DNA of 61,890 bases, filler included, from 8 parts of 8 records of this genome joined end to end with filler, not necessarily neighbours in it; one strand, 5' to 3'. Shown: positions 20,970 to 32,327, counted from the first letter of the whole stretch. Numbers and translations are program-made. Notes: generated by a model not told the origin, from the letters alone.

Positions 20970-21639
20970 AATATTTCAGATTATAAAATCACTACGTATT
21001 GCAGTTCCTATTTTAGGAACTGCAATATTTTTCTTTGCCTGTAATCAGAATAATCTTGAGCAGGTAAGGGCTTTAAGTTCCCCCGAAGAACTTCCGATTC
21101 TGGAAACTAATAATTTTGAAACCATGGTTACCGATTCGGGTACTGTGCGGTTTTCTTTAAAGGCACCCAAACTTCTACGCTTTGAGAACAATGGAAAAGC
21201 ATATATAGAGTTTCCTCAAGGGATGCTTCTAATTGAATACGATGCCGACCACCAAATTCTTTCTAGTATTAAGGCTGATTACGCAAAACAATTTGTAAAA
21301 GAACAAAGGTGGGAAGCAAAAAACAACGTAATTGTAACCAACGAAAAAGGCGATACCCTTAAAACAGATCACCTGATTTGGGAAGAAAAAAACGAAAAAA
21401 TTTACACGGAAGAGTTTGTAAGTATCATCAGCGAAGATAAAGTGATTAATGGTATTGGACTTATCTCCGACCAGGACATGCAAAACTGGGAAATTAAAAA
21501 TCCAACAGGAGTTTTTTATGTAGATATTGACAACAACAATCCTGTTACAGAAGACCCCAAAGAAGAGCTTACTACCAAACAGCCTAATGGTCCGGTTATT
21601 TCGAAACCTCCTCCTCAAAAACCATTACGTCTTAAATAA
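20944..21639 (+). CDS. lptC: LPS export periplasmic protein LptC
   Basis: Lipobox FFAC; TDSG..LKAP, EFPQG, IKADYA, LKTDHLIW, IYTEEFV. Confidence 0.85.
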   Translation: MKRLKFDSKIFQIIKSLRIAVPILGTAIFFFACNQNNLEQVRALSSPEELPILETNNFETMVTDSGTVRFSLKAPKLLRFENNGKAYIEFPQGMLLIEYDADHQILSSIKADYAKQFVKEQRWEAKNNVIVTNEKGDTLKTDHLIWEEKNEKIYTEEFVSIISEDKVINGIGLISDQDMQNWEIKNPTGVFYVDIDNNNPVTEDPKEELTTKQPNGPVISKPPPQKPLRLK

Positions 21640-21645
21640 AAAGCT

Positions 21646-22911
21646 ATGAATCCATATCTGCTGATTCTGTTAACCATATTGCTCTCAGCTTTTTTTTCAG
21701 GCATGGAGATTGCATTTGTTTCAGCAAATAAGTTACGTCTCGAACTCGATAAAAAATCAGATCCTTTTAACTCCAAACTATTAAAATTTGTTACTGCAAA
21801 CGGTGGCCAGTACATAGCTACCATGCTGGTTGGGAACAACATTGCACTGGTAATTTACGGGATTGCTTTTGCCGCTTTGCTCGAACCGGCACTGGCATCG
21901 TATTTCCAGACAGATACCTTCGTTCTGTTTTTACAAACCATTATATCAACTTTGATTATTTTGGTTTTTGCCGAGTTTTTACCCAAAACCTTGTTTCGTA
22001 TTTTTCCCAACACTCTCTTAAACCTGTTCTCTCTACCCCTAGCCCTTTTTTATGTTCTTTTCTATCCCATCACCAGCTTTTCAATTGGAATTACAAACTC
22101 CTTATTAAAAAAAGTACTTCGAACCAAAGTATCGTCGAACACTAAAAATCCGGTTTTTAGCCGGGTAGACCTGGATGAATTTGTTAAAGAAACCGATTTA
22201 CAAAACAATGAAAAAGGCGAGCAGGTTGAAACTGAAGTAAAACTGTTTAAGAATGCCTTAGATTTTTCGAAGGTAAAACTACGCGAAATAATGATTCCGC
22301 GAACAGAAATTGAGATGCTCGAATTAAGTGCTGGAATCAACGAGCTTCGTCTGAAGTTTGTTGAAACAGGTTACTCACGAATTCTTTTTTACAACGAAAG
22401 TATTGATAATATTATTGGTTATGTACACTCTTCTATGCTTTTTAAAAATCCAAAATCGATTGAACCTTTTATAAAAAAGGTACTGATTGTACCCGAAACA
22501 ATGCCAGCCAACAAACTATTAAGTACTTTTATTCAGGAACACCGAAGCATTGCCATAGTGGTTGATGAGTTTGGAGGCACATCAGGAATGGTGACCAGTG
22601 AAGATATTCTGGAAGAAATTTTTGGCGAAATTGAAGATGAACATGACACAAGAGATATTATTGAGAAAAAGATAAATGACTCAGAGTATGTTTTCTCTGC
22701 CCGGGCTGAAATTGATATCCTCAACGAAAAGTACTTTTTTAACCTCCCCGAAACAGAAGATTTTGAAACACTTGCCGGTTTTATCCTTTTTCACCACGAA
22801 AGTATTCCAAAAATAAATACGGTAATACGAATCCAAAATTTTCAATTTAAAATCTTAAAGGCCACCAATACCAAAATCGAATTGGTGCGACTCAAACTAT
22901 TAGAAGATTAA
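21646..22911 (+). CDS. Hemolysin-family CNNM(DUF21)-CBS-CorC transporter
   Basis: SAFFSGMEIA, MLVGNN, FAEFLPK, IMIPR, VVDEFGGTSG..EDILEEIFGEIEDEHD, TLAGF. Confidence 0.92.
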   Translation: MNPYLLILLTILLSAFFSGMEIAFVSANKLRLELDKKSDPFNSKLLKFVTANGGQYIATMLVGNNIALVIYGIAFAALLEPALASYFQTDTFVLFLQTIISTLIILVFAEFLPKTLFRIFPNTLLNLFSLPLALFYVLFYPITSFSIGITNSLLKKVLRTKVSSNTKNPVFSRVDLDEFVKETDLQNNEKGEQVETEVKLFKNALDFSKVKLREIMIPRTEIEMLELSAGINELRLKFVETGYSRILFYNESIDNIIGYVHSSMLFKNPKSIEPFIKKVLIVPETMPANKLLSTFIQEHRSIAIVVDEFGGTSGMVTSEDILEEIFGEIEDEHDTRDIIEKKINDSEYVFSARAEIDILNEKYFFNLPETEDFETLAGFILFHHESIPKINTVIRIQNFQFKILKATNTKIELVRLKLLED

Positions 22912-23073
22912 GCCCTGTTCTCCCTACTCATATCCCCCTGATTAGCTGCGTCTTAAAAGCGACTATTTTGAACGAGTAAAAAAAGAGCAATATTGGAGGT
23001 AAGATTGTTAAAATTGTTATCTTCGTAGCTCGAAAAATTAAAATGATTTTTACATTAAAATAACTGTAAATCA

Positions 23074-25194
23074 ATGGCAACGTTACAAAAAATTAGAACG
23101 AAAGCAGGATTATTAGTGGCAATTGTAATCGGTGTTTCATTGGCAGCGTTTATCCTTGGAGACTTATTGCAAGGTGGTTCGTCGTTGTTTCAAAGAGACC
23201 GCTTAGAAGTTGGAGTAATTGATGGGGAATCAATTCAATATCCAGACTTTCAGAAAGATGTGGAAGAGTTAAGTGAAGTATTCAAACAAAATTATGGAAC
23301 AACCCAATTAGACGACAACGCCTGGGCTCAGGTACGCGAACAAGCATGGCAAAAAACAATCTCTGATATTGTGATGGGTGATGTGTTCGAGGATCTGGGG
23401 ATTTCGATTAGTTCCGACGAGTTATTCGATATGTTGCAGGGTGCCAATCCGCACCAGATTGTACAGCAAATTTTCCGCAACCCGGAAACAGGTCAGTTCG
23501 ACCGCGGTGCTGTTGTTCGTTTCCTAAAAAACCTGGAAACCGGTGTAGCTGCTGACCAACGTGCATACTGGCTAAATCTTGAAAAACAAATTATTGAAGA
23601 ACGCACACAAAGCAAATATGCCAACATGGTAGCAAAAGGAATGTACGTAACAACCGAACAAGCTCAGGCAAATGCAATTGCAAGCAGTAAATCGGTTAAC
23701 TTCGACTATATTTCGCTACCACTCAGCTCGGTTGCCGACGATGAGGTTACAATAACTGAAAAAGATCTGAAAGCATATTATAATGCGAATCAAGACGATT
23801 ATAAATCGAACAAAAGCAGGAGAATTGAATACATCTCTTTCCCTGTAAGTCCTTCGGAAAATGACTTCGCTGACGCTGAAGAATGGATCACTGATATAAA
23901 ATCGGATCTCGAAACGACCGATAATACGGTTCAATTTGTAAATACAAATTCTGACATAAGTTTTAATAATGTTTGGGATAAAAAAGATGACCTTCCAGAA
24001 ACCATCGGCGAGTGGGTTTACGACAACGGTGCAGAGGTAAATGCCGTTTACGGTCCTTACAAAGACGGAGAAGCGTACACATTAGCTAAGTTATACAAAT
24101 CGGAAATGATGCCCGATTCAGTGGAAGCACGCCATATTTTATTGCAGGTAACGACTCAAGCTGAAGCCATTGCTGCACAAGCATTGGCCGATAGTTTAAA
24201 AACAGCGATTGATAACGGTGCCGATTTTGCAAAGCTTGCCCGTGAAAATTCTACCGATCAGGGTTCTGCTATTAACGGTGGCGATTTGGGCTGGTTCAAA
24301 CGTGGACAAATGGTAAAACCTTTCGAAGAAGTAGCTTTCAATAATACTACTGACAGTGCAACAATTGTTCCTACTCAATTTGGTCTACACATTGTACAAA
24401 CCACAAAACGAGGTAAACTTACCCGTCAGGTGCAGGTGGCTTATCTTACCCGTAATGTTGAACCAAGTACCAAAACTTACCAGGACGTTTATTCACAGGC
24501 CAGTAAATTTGCCGGTGAAAACACCACCCGCGATGCATTTGAGACCTCAGCCAGCCAGCAAGGATTGACAAAACGCGTTGCCAACCTGGGCGAAAACGAA
24601 CGTAATATTGCCGGCCTCGAAAATGCCCGTCCTTTGGTAAGGGCAGCATACGATGCCGAAGTAAACGATATTTTAATTTCAACACAGGAATCGCCAATAT
24701 TCGAATTAGGCGACAACTTTGTAGTTGCTGTACTTACCAGTGCATCTGAAGAAGGAACGTCTTCATTTGATGCAGTAAAAACGCGTGTTGAACTAGCTGT
24801 GATTAAGGAAAAGAAAGCCGCAATGTTAATTGAAAAAGCACAAGCTGCATTAAACGGTGACGATCTTACCGCTGCTGCTGCAACTTTAGAAACCGAAGTT
24901 AAAAATGCTACAAACATTAATTTTAACTCGTATTCTGTACCGGGAGTTGGTTTAGAACCAGAACTAGTTGGTACCGTAACCAGCATGGAAGTTGACAAAG
25001 TATCGGCTCCAATTGCCGGTAACAATGGCGTGTTTATTGTTATGGTTACTTCTGTAAACGAAGGAGCAGGTGCCGACATAGTATCCGAAAAAATACGTCT
25101 GGCACAAGCCAATACCTATCGCGTTAGATCGCAGGTATTCCCTGCACACCGCAATTCGGTTGAGATTGAAGACAAAAGAGCAAAATTCTATTAA
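23074..25194 (+). CDS. PpiD/SurA-like membrane-anchored parvulin PPIase chaperone
   Basis: MATLQKIR..LAAFILGD anchor; ARHIL..FAKLARENSTD..NGGDLGWF..MVKPFE rotamase domain. Confidence 0.9.
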   Translation: MATLQKIRTKAGLLVAIVIGVSLAAFILGDLLQGGSSLFQRDRLEVGVIDGESIQYPDFQKDVEELSEVFKQNYGTTQLDDNAWAQVREQAWQKTISDIVMGDVFEDLGISISSDELFDMLQGANPHQIVQQIFRNPETGQFDRGAVVRFLKNLETGVAADQRAYWLNLEKQIIEERTQSKYANMVAKGMYVTTEQAQANAIASSKSVNFDYISLPLSSVADDEVTITEKDLKAYYNANQDDYKSNKSRRIEYISFPVSPSENDFADAEEWITDIKSDLETTDNTVQFVNTNSDISFNNVWDKKDDLPETIGEWVYDNGAEVNAVYGPYKDGEAYTLAKLYKSEMMPDSVEARHILLQVTTQAEAIAAQALADSLKTAIDNGADFAKLARENSTDQGSAINGGDLGWFKRGQMVKPFEEVAFNNTTDSATIVPTQFGLHIVQTTKRGKLTRQVQVAYLTRNVEPSTKTYQDVYSQASKFAGENTTRDAFETSASQQGLTKRVANLGENERNIAGLENARPLVRAAYDAEVNDILISTQESPIFELGDNFVVAVLTSASEEGTSSFDAVKTRVELAVIKEKKAAMLIEKAQAALNGDDLTAAAATLETEVKNATNINFNSYSVPGVGLEPELVGTVTSMEVDKVSAPIAGNNGVFIVMVTSVNEGAGADIVSEKIRLAQANTYRVRSQVFPAHRNSVEIEDKRAKFY

Positions 25195-25216
25195 TAGCTT
25201 GCTCGTAAAAAATATT

Positions 25217-25249
25217 AAAAGCCGGTTCAATTAATGAATCGGCTTTTTT
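25217..25249 (+). terminator. Rho-independent terminator
   Basis: AAAA-GCCGGTTCA-ATTAA-TGAATCGGC-TTTTTT. Confidence 0.85.
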
Positions 25250-25462
25250 ATTTATCAATTTTAATGAAGACCCAGTACGATATCTTGTTTCATCATTCAG
25301 AATCCCCCATCCAATTGATAAAGTATATAAGCACGAAGAAAAGAATGATGATTATTTTTGAGTAAGACCATCAATTCTCGTTGTTAATGCTAAAATGATA
25401 GGAGAACTACCTTAATATTTCTATTTTAACGCAATAAATCATCCAATGAAAACTTCTTAACT

Positions 25463-25985
25463 ATGGACAGAAAAGGATTTCTGAAAAAGACATGTGGACT
25501 GGGAATTTGCTCCTGTGTTTTGCCGGGTTTTTTTAAATCCAAACGAAGGTAATAATACAACGTGGAAAGAAGGATTTGTTCAGCATCGTTTTTCAAAACT
25601 GATTGACATTCTGGATGAGACCTTAAATGAAGAAACGAAAGATCAGATTTTGGAAAACCTGGGAAGAGAATGTTCAAAAAGAAGTCAGATTGATCAATAC
25701 AAAAATAATCTCCAGGGATTTTTCGACCATTTACAAAACAATTGGAAAGAAGAAGCTACTATCGACAAAGAGAAAGGAATAATTCGGATTGAAACTGCTG
25801 AAAGAGATTGTTTTTGCCCAATGTTTGATAGCAAAAAAGTTTCGAAATCGATATGCCAGTGTTCGGTTGGCTGGCAAGCACAAACCTACGAAACAATTTT
25901 AGGAAAAAAGGTTGAAGCAAAATGTGTTGAGTCTGTAATAAGAGGCAGCTCAAAATGCGTGTTTGAGATTAAGCTATTAAATTGA
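25463..25985 (+). pseudogene. Frameshifted Cys-rich V4R/DUF6144-like protein with Tat-like leader
   Basis: ATG 25463 gives MDRKGFLKKTCGLGICSCVLPGF and stops at 25552. Removing one T from the T7 run (25528-25534) joins it to the ORF carrying LGREC, CFCP, CQCSVGW, SSKCVF. Confidence 0.65.
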
Positions 25986-26167
25986 TGATAAGTCATTAGG
26001 GATCAGTTTAAATCTCTAGTGCAGTAAATATTGATTTAGAGTAATATTTGCCGTAACAATTTAAGCTGCATGGAGATCTTTTTTTCTCGCTTTGCTGCAA
26101 CCTATTTTTTCTTCAGCAATAAAAAGTAGGTACCCTTTAGATTAGCAAAATATTTATCATTCTTAAA

Positions 26168-26374
26168 TTGTATTATTCATTTAATGAAAGCAGAGGTGAA
26201 CTAAATACGAAAGAGTTTGAAGCTTATATGAAAGAAAAAAATATCACAAAAGTTACAATTTACCAACGGGATTTTAATTACAATTACGGTACCTGGGAAA
26301 TAGTAGGAAATAACAAAAGATTTAAACTAATAGTCCATTTACAATTGTTGGATACGACAAATATTATAACCTGA
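26168..26374 (+). CDS. Short hypothetical ORF or gene remnant
   Basis: TTG start, 68 aa, no recognisable motif. Confidence 0.25.
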   Translation: MYYSFNESRGELNTKEFEAYMKEKNITKVTIYQRDFNYNYGTWEIVGNNKRFKLIVHLQLLDTTNIIT

Positions 26375-26445
26375 GGAATTTAAACAAGCATGCATATAAC
26401 TATAAATACGGGGATTTTTCAATCTTCCTGAAATAATTCCTGATT

Positions 26446-26877
26446 TTAACAAATTTCCACTAAACGTATATCAAAGCTGAGTACGGCATTGGGTGGAATT
26501 TTATCTCCGGTTCCTTTTCGGCCCCAAGCTAAATCTGCCGGCACCCAGAATTTATAACGACTACCAACGCTCATCATTGGCAGGCCTTCCTGTAATCCTT
26601 CAATCAGCTCTTCTATTTTAACCTCATCGGGTTGATTCTGGCGATAGGTGTCTTCCAAAATTTTGCCATCGAGCAACAAGGCACGTTGGTGTATCTTCAC
26701 GGTATCGTATAAATCAGGTTTTGGTCCTTTTTGCTCATCAACCACCAAGTATTGTAAACCTGAATCGGTTTCCAACACTCCTTCTTTTTTACCGTTAATA
26801 CTTAAAAAATCTTCCCCTGTTTTTCGGTTATTTCCCGCCGATCCTTTACTTCGGCCTTTCTTTTCGCGCCTTGCCAT
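26446..26877 (-). CDS. FKBP-type PPIase-like protein with basic N-terminus
   Basis: ETDSGLQY, GLQEGLPMMSVGSRYKFWVPADLAWG, IPPNAVLSFDIRLV. Confidence 0.88.
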   Translation of the reverse strand: MARREKKGRSKGSAGNNRKTGEDFLSINGKKEGVLETDSGLQYLVVDEQKGPKPDLYDTVKIHQRALLLDGKILEDTYRQNQPDEVKIEELIEGLQEGLPMMSVGSRYKFWVPADLAWGRKGTGDKIPPNAVLSFDIRLVEIC

Positions 26878-26992
26878 ACCAATGTTTCCAAAAAATTAAA
26901 AAACAAAATAAATGAATTTCTGAAGAACAAAAAACCACCACTATCCTTACCGTTCAAAACAAGAAAAAAAGTTGTGGGCAATAATACAATTC

Positions 26993-27700
26993 CTAATTAC
27001 TTATTTGTGCCACTACTACTACTCGCGTTGGCATTTGAAAACCATTCACTTTCAATTCTGTTTCAATTTTAGGTAGTTCATCTTTTAAGTGTTGGTACTG
27101 CGGTTTATCCTTAACCAGTTCAAGCATCTCGTACAGATTATTTATCCTTTCACGTATTTCTTCCGGGGAAGGTTCTTTTCGGTCTTTATTCTGGTCAAAA
27201 TCAAGCTGAATATTAAGACCGGCATTAGTAACTGCTTCCAGAATTTCGGCACGGGTAAACGTTTCATTATGACATACACCAGTTAAACGATCAATCTTAC
27301 TCCTAAAATGGTGCATTTGTTTTTGCACTTCCATTGCCGGAGTTAAGTTATCGCTAAACAGTTCGTTTACAATAATCCAGCCACCTGTTTTAACCACACT
27401 CTTCATTTCGTTTAAAGTTTGCTGAACATTTGGTAAATGGTGTAATGCCATTGAAATAGACGCTACATCAAAGGATTGTGAGTCAAAATCGAGCTTTTCT
27501 CCTGCCATTTCAACAAAAGTCACCTCGGAGTACAGTGCGGTAGCTTCTGCCAGCGATTCTTTATTTGGATCGATGCCGGTAATCTTTGCTCCAGGCAAAG
27601 CGCTTTGCAAAACAGGTATAAATATACCGGTTCCGGTTCCAACATCCAGAATTGTTCTAACTGATTTATCTTGAAAAAAGTTTTTTAATTGTTCCATCAT
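26993..27700 (-). CDS. Class I SAM-dependent methyltransferase
   Basis: ILDVGTGTG, ITGIDPN, SFDV, ALHH, VKTGG. Confidence 0.9.
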   Translation of the reverse strand: MMEQLKNFFQDKSVRTILDVGTGTGIFIPVLQSALPGAKITGIDPNKESLAEATALYSEVTFVEMAGEKLDFDSQSFDVASISMALHHLPNVQQTLNEMKSVVKTGGWIIVNELFSDNLTPAMEVQKQMHHFRSKIDRLTGVCHNETFTRAEILEAVTNAGLNIQLDFDQNKDRKEPSPEEIRERINNLYEMLELVKDKPQYQHLKDELPKIETELKVNGFQMPTRVVVVAQISN

Positions 27701-27945
27701 ATTAAAAGTAAAAATGCCGATAAGGCAGTTACAATAATTACAGCTGCACGGTAAAGTTTATCAGAGATTTTCTTTACCAGTTTTATTCCCAGAAATGCGC
27801 CGATCGCAATTGCAGGTAGCATTAGCAAATCAAAACTTAAGGTGTTCAGGTTAATGGTTTTCCAGATAAATATATGCAACGGAAATTTTAAAAAGTTCAC
27901 AATAAGAAAAAACCATGCTCCGGTACCAATAAAACTGTTTTTAGG
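27697..27945 (-). CDS. TauE/SafE-family sulfite exporter, C-terminal fragment
   Basis: Frame open from the contig end: PKNSFIGTGAWFFLIVNFLKFP..GAFLGIKLVKKISDK. Confidence 0.8.
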   Translation of the reverse strand, partial: PKNSFIGTGAWFFLIVNFLKFPLHIFIWKTINLNTLSFDLLMLPAIAIGAFLGIKLVKKISDKLYRAAVIIVTALSAFLLLI

Positions 27946-28045
27946 NNNNNNNNNNNNNNNNNNNNNNNNNNNNNNNNNNNNNNNNNNNNTTAATTAATTA
28001 ANNNNNNNNNNNNNNNNNNNNNNNNNNNNNNNNNNNNNNNNNNNN
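27946..28045. other. Artificial contig linker
   Basis: N44-TTAATTAATTAA-N44. Confidence 0.99.
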
Positions 28046-28699
28046 ATTTTTATCCCAAATTCCACCAGCAGCAATCACAGGGATATCTCCCCATTTTTTT
28101 GCCTCTTCAATAACAGGAGGAACTATATTTTCTAATTGAGACTCTTCTTTAAAACAATCCTCATATTTAAATCCTTGATGTCCTCCACTTAAAGGACCCT
28201 CAACAATAACTGCATCAGGAAGTTTATCGTATCGTTTCCATTTTTTACAGATCAATTTTAGAGCCCTTGCAGAACTTACTATTGGGATAAGTGCCACTTC
28301 TGGAAACTCTTTTGTAAATTCTGGCATATTAGTCGGAATTCCAGCACCTGTTATAATGATATTCATACCAGCTTCACAACAATCTTTTACGACTCTTCCA
28401 TAATCATTGATCGCATAGAGAATGTTTGCTGCTAATGGCTTGTCACCACATAAAGCTCTTGCGTTTTTTATAATCTCAAAAAGAGCATCTCTTGAGTAAA
28501 AGTTTTCCTCTGAATATGGTTTTTCTTTTACATTTTTATGAGAAAACTTTTTATCCATATAATAACCAGTACCAACCGCGCTAATTACTCCAAGCCCACC
28601 TTCTCTTGATACACTTCCTGCTAATTGATCCCAACTAATACCAACGCCCATTCCACCTTGAACAATTGGTTTTTCAATCTCATATTTTCCTATTTTCAT
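28046..28699 (-). CDS. fabX: Nitronate monooxygenase-family FMN enzyme, probable FabX ortholog (unsaturated fatty acid synthesis), 3'-truncated
   Basis: PIVQGGMGVGIS, TGAGIP, VEGPLSGGHQG, VIAAGGIWD. Same gene order as H. pylori pyrH-rpoZ-spoT-tyrS-fabX. Confidence 0.75.
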
Positions 28700-28712
28700 C
28701 TATTACCCTAAA

Positions 28713-29921
28713 CTATTTTACGATCACTTTAGCAAAATTCTTTTTACCTTTTTGTAATACATACTCTCCAACTTCTAGTGTCATTTTATCATTATCAACT
28801 TTAACTTGGTCAAGTTTTACTGCACCACCTTTAATATCTCTTCTTGCTTGAGAGGTTGATGGTACTAAGTTACAATCTACTAAGACTTGTAGTATTCCTA
28901 TTCCATTTTCCACTTCATACTCATCTAATTCAGTTGGGATATCTTTTTTTGCAAAAACTTTTTCAAACTCTGCTTTTGCATTTTCTCCAGATCCATTTCC
29001 ATGGAATCTCTCAACGATCTCCATTGCAAGTTCTTCTTTTATCTTTTTAGGATGAAGTGTTCCATTTTCCACACCCTCTTGAAGTGTAGCTATATCTTTT
29101 AAACTCTTATTTGAAAGAAGTTCATAATATCTCCACATAAGCTCATCAGAGATACTTAAAACCTTCCCAAACATATCATTAGCAGCATCTGTTACCCCAA
29201 TATAGTTCCCTAAAGATTTTGACATCTTTTGAACCCCATCAAGCCCTTCTAAAATTGGCATCATTAGAACTACTTGTTGTTTTTTTACATTATATGCTTT
29301 TTGAAGCTGTCTTCCCATCAAAAGATTAAACTTTTGATCCGTTCCACCAATCTCCACATCTGATTTCAACTCAACTGAATCATATCCTTGAAGTAAAGGA
29401 TAAGTAAATTCACTCACAGCAATTGGGGAATTAGAAGCATATCTTTTAGAAAAATCATCACGTTCAAGCATTCTAGCAACTGTTAAGTTTGAAGCAAGAG
29501 CAATAAGTCCGCCAGCTCCAAGTTTATTTAACCATTCACTATTAAAAACTACATGTGTTTTTGATTCATCTAAAATCTTAAATACTTGTTCTTTATAACT
29601 TTGAGCATTTAGTTCCACATCTTCACGACTTAATACTTTTCGTGTCGCATTTTTTCCTGTTGGATCACCGATAGTTGCTGTAAAATCACCAATCAAAAAC
29701 TGAATAATAGCTCCATACTTTTGAAATGTTGCTAGTTTTTGTAAAAGCACAGTATGCCCTAAATGAAGATCAGGTGCTGTTGGATCAAATCCAGCTTTTA
29801 CATAATAGTTCTCGCCTGTCTCAAAATACGCTGTGATAAGCTTTTCTAGTCTCTCGTCATCAATTATCTCTTCAGAACCTCTTGCTATCTCTTGAAGTGC
29901 AACTTTTATTTTTTCTTCCAT
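28713..29921 (-). CDS. tyrS: Tyrosine--tRNA ligase
   Basis: [35 protein letters not shown]-terminal S4 domain. Confidence 0.98.
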   Translation of the reverse strand: MEEKIKVALQEIARGSEEIIDDERLEKLITAYFETGENYYVKAGFDPTAPDLHLGHTVLLQKLATFQKYGAIIQFLIGDFTATIGDPTGKNATRKVLSREDVELNAQSYKEQVFKILDESKTHVVFNSEWLNKLGAGGLIALASNLTVARMLERDDFSKRYASNSPIAVSEFTYPLLQGYDSVELKSDVEIGGTDQKFNLLMGRQLQKAYNVKKQQVVLMMPILEGLDGVQKMSKSLGNYIGVTDAANDMFGKVLSISDELMWRYYELLSNKSLKDIATLQEGVENGTLHPKKIKEELAMEIVERFHGNGSGENAKAEFEKVFAKKDIPTELDEYEVENGIGILQVLVDCNLVPSTSQARRDIKGGAVKLDQVKVDNDKMTLEVGEYVLQKGKKNFAKVIVK

Positions 29922-29929
29922 CTTATCCT

Positions 29930-32077
29930 CTATTTATAAGCATCTAAACTTTGATAAAACTCTATCACTTTTACTTTTTGTTCAATCATAGTTTTTATCT
30001 GCTCTTTATTATCACTTTTTATCTCAAAATCAATTGTACAATATTGATTAGGTGCATACATATCTCTTCCATAATCTACTGAGAGAATGGTCGCTTCATG
30101 ATCCACTGAAAGATATGTAAGTAACTTGGCAAGTTCCCCTCGTACATTTGGAAAACTAACTACCATTTTATATTTGTAAAATTTATCTTTTACCCAGTCA
30201 CAAAAAAGCATCTGTGTATCTTTTTTTATCATTTTATATGCGTTTTCACACATCTTATGATGAACTACCACATCTTTATTATGCTTTAAAGCAACTATGT
30301 CATCTCCAAACTTTGGATGACAGCAGTGGTCGAATGATACAGAATTTATACTAAAATTCGAATATATTAAAACATTGTCAAACTGTATCTTTCGTAAACC
30401 TAAGGTCTGTACTTTAAATCTTACAAAAAACCCCTCTTTTTTTCGTAAATGTTGTAAGATCACTTTTTTGATATTTTTTAGATGATCTAGGTTATACACG
30501 ATCTTTGGGAGGTTAACAAGTTTTACCCCTTCTAGTTCATCCATAATAGACTCTTTATATCTTGAAAAAATAGTATTCATAATATTTTTAGAAGCAAGAT
30601 CATCAATATGTTTTAATCTATTATGGCACAAAGTCTTAATAGCTTTTTTTGCTTTTGTAGTTTGCACCATATCTTGCCATGTACATCTAGGGATTATATG
30701 ATTTCCTAGTGTGATTGACACAATATCTCCACTTTTTAACTGAGTCAAAAGAGGTTTTTTCACTTTATTGATGATTGCTTCTTGTGCATGGTTTCCAACA
30801 TCTGTATGAATTTCATAGGCAAAATCAAAAGCAGTAGAACCTCTTGGCATCATAAAGATATCCCCTTTTGGAGAATATACTACGATATCTTCACTATAAA
30901 GATCTTGTTTTGCATCATCATAAAACTCTTCCACACTTGCATCATTCGAAGCTAAAGAGTGAAGCCAGTCAAGCTTAGGAGAGCTTACACTTGATCCATT
31001 TTTATATTTCCAGTGCGCTGCTACTCCATACTCAGCAACCTCATGCATATCAAAGGTTCGAATCTGTACTTCAAAAATTTTTGAGTTGGAAAAAACAGTT
31101 GTATGGATTGTTTGGTATCCATTCTCTTTAGGAATAGAGATATAATCTTTTAATCTTGAAACAAGTGGTTTAAAATTGGTATTGATCACCCCTAATACTT
31201 TATAACAATCAATAGGCTCTTTTACTAATACTCGTATTGCATAAAGATCAAGAATCTCGTCAATACTTACCCCTTTTCTTTGCATCTTAAGGTATATTGA
31301 ATAATAGTGCTTGATTCGGCTTAGGATCTTTACACCCTCAGCAAATCCATTCTTATCAAGAATATTCTTTGTTTTTGAAAGAAACTTATTTAAAGTAAGC
31401 TGCATCTCTTGTTGATACTCTTTCATATATTCATCGATTTTCTTATACTCTAAAGGGTAGAGATAAAAAAATGCTCTATCTTCAAGGATATTTTTAATAG
31501 TAGAGATACCTAACCTATGAGCAATAGGAGCATATACCAAAAGGGTCTCTTCTGAGATTCTCTTTTGTTTATTTTCAGGTAGTGCACTAAGAGTCAACAT
31601 ATTATGTACTCTATCACATAGTTTTACCACCATCACACGTACATCATCAATAGAAGCCACTAACATTTTTCTAAAAGTAAGTGCTGAGAAAAGTAATTTT
31701 GAATTATCTGTAGAGGAAGCTAGTTCATGCTCTCGAATCTCAGTGATCTTTGTAAGCCCATCAACAATATGGGCAATATCTGATCCAAACTGCTCTTCAA
31801 TCTCTTCTAATGTGATTATTGTATCTTCAACCACATCATGTAAAAGTGCAGCAATAACCATATGTTCATCATGGGAAAAGTATGCTGTGATTACAGCTAC
31901 CAAAATAGGATGAACCACATATGGCTCACCACTTTTTCGTTTTTGTGTTTTGTGAGCTTCTTTTGCAAGAGTTAAAGCTTTTTCAATATCTTCTGTAAGC
32001 TCACAATTTGTTTTTAATAACTCTACCCCTTCTTCAATAGAAGTGATATTTTGTAAATTTTCAAAAAACCTATTCAA
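29930..32077 (-). CDS. spoT: Bifunctional (p)ppGpp synthetase/hydrolase
   Basis: [19 protein letters not shown] hydrolase; [23 protein letters not shown] synthetase; TGS, CCHP and ACT domains. Confidence 0.96.
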   Translation of the reverse strand: MNRFFENLQNITSIEEGVELLKTNCELTEDIEKALTLAKEAHKTQKRKSGEPYVVHPILVAVITAYFSHDEHMVIAALLHDVVEDTIITLEEIEEQFGSDIAHIVDGLTKITEIREHELASSTDNSKLLFSALTFRKMLVASIDDVRVMVVKLCDRVHNMLTLSALPENKQKRISEETLLVYAPIAHRLGISTIKNILEDRAFFYLYPLEYKKIDEYMKEYQQEMQLTLNKFLSKTKNILDKNGFAEGVKILSRIKHYYSIYLKMQRKGVSIDEILDLYAIRVLVKEPIDCYKVLGVINTNFKPLVSRLKDYISIPKENGYQTIHTTVFSNSKIFEVQIRTFDMHEVAEYGVAAHWKYKNGSSVSSPKLDWLHSLASNDASVEEFYDDAKQDLYSEDIVVYSPKGDIFMMPRGSTAFDFAYEIHTDVGNHAQEAIINKVKKPLLTQLKSGDIVSITLGNHIIPRCTWQDMVQTTKAKKAIKTLCHNRLKHIDDLASKNIMNTIFSRYKESIMDELEGVKLVNLPKIVYNLDHLKNIKKVILQHLRKKEGFFVRFKVQTLGLRKIQFDNVLIYSNFSINSVSFDHCCHPKFGDDIVALKHNKDVVVHHKMCENAYKMIKKDTQMLFCDWVKDKFYKYKMVVSFPNVRGELAKLLTYLSVDHEATILSVDYGRDMYAPNQYCTIDFEIKSDNKEQIKTMIEQKVKVIEFYQSLDAYK

Positions 32078-32114
32078 AAGCTATGTGTTCCTTGAAAGAC
32101 AAATCAAATCTATT

Positions 32115-32327
32115 TTATTCAATAGATTCAATAATTAATGCACCAGTAGCGATCTCTTGAATAGCAATATCAGTATATTTCATATTTTTTGTTAATGAAA
32201 TATCAATTAAAGGTTTTGCCCCTTTACTTAATTCATCAGCTCTTTGACCTACAGCAACACTTAATCTATATCTATCATTATTTACTCTCTCTAGAGCTTG
32301 CGATAAAATCTCTTCTAATCTCATCAT
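32115..32327 (-). CDS. rpoZ: RNA polymerase omega subunit
   Basis: DRYRLSVAVGQRADEL..IAIQEIATG; between pyrH and spoT. Confidence 0.92.
   Translation of the reverse strand: MMRLEEILSQALERVNNDRYRLSVAVGQRADELSKGAKPLIDISLTKNMKYTDIAIQEIATGALIIESIE

Noticed and set aside
24489-25112. 207-aa antisense ORF inside the PpiD-like gene
   Set aside because: Antisense mirror of a strongly biased coding frame; no independent features.
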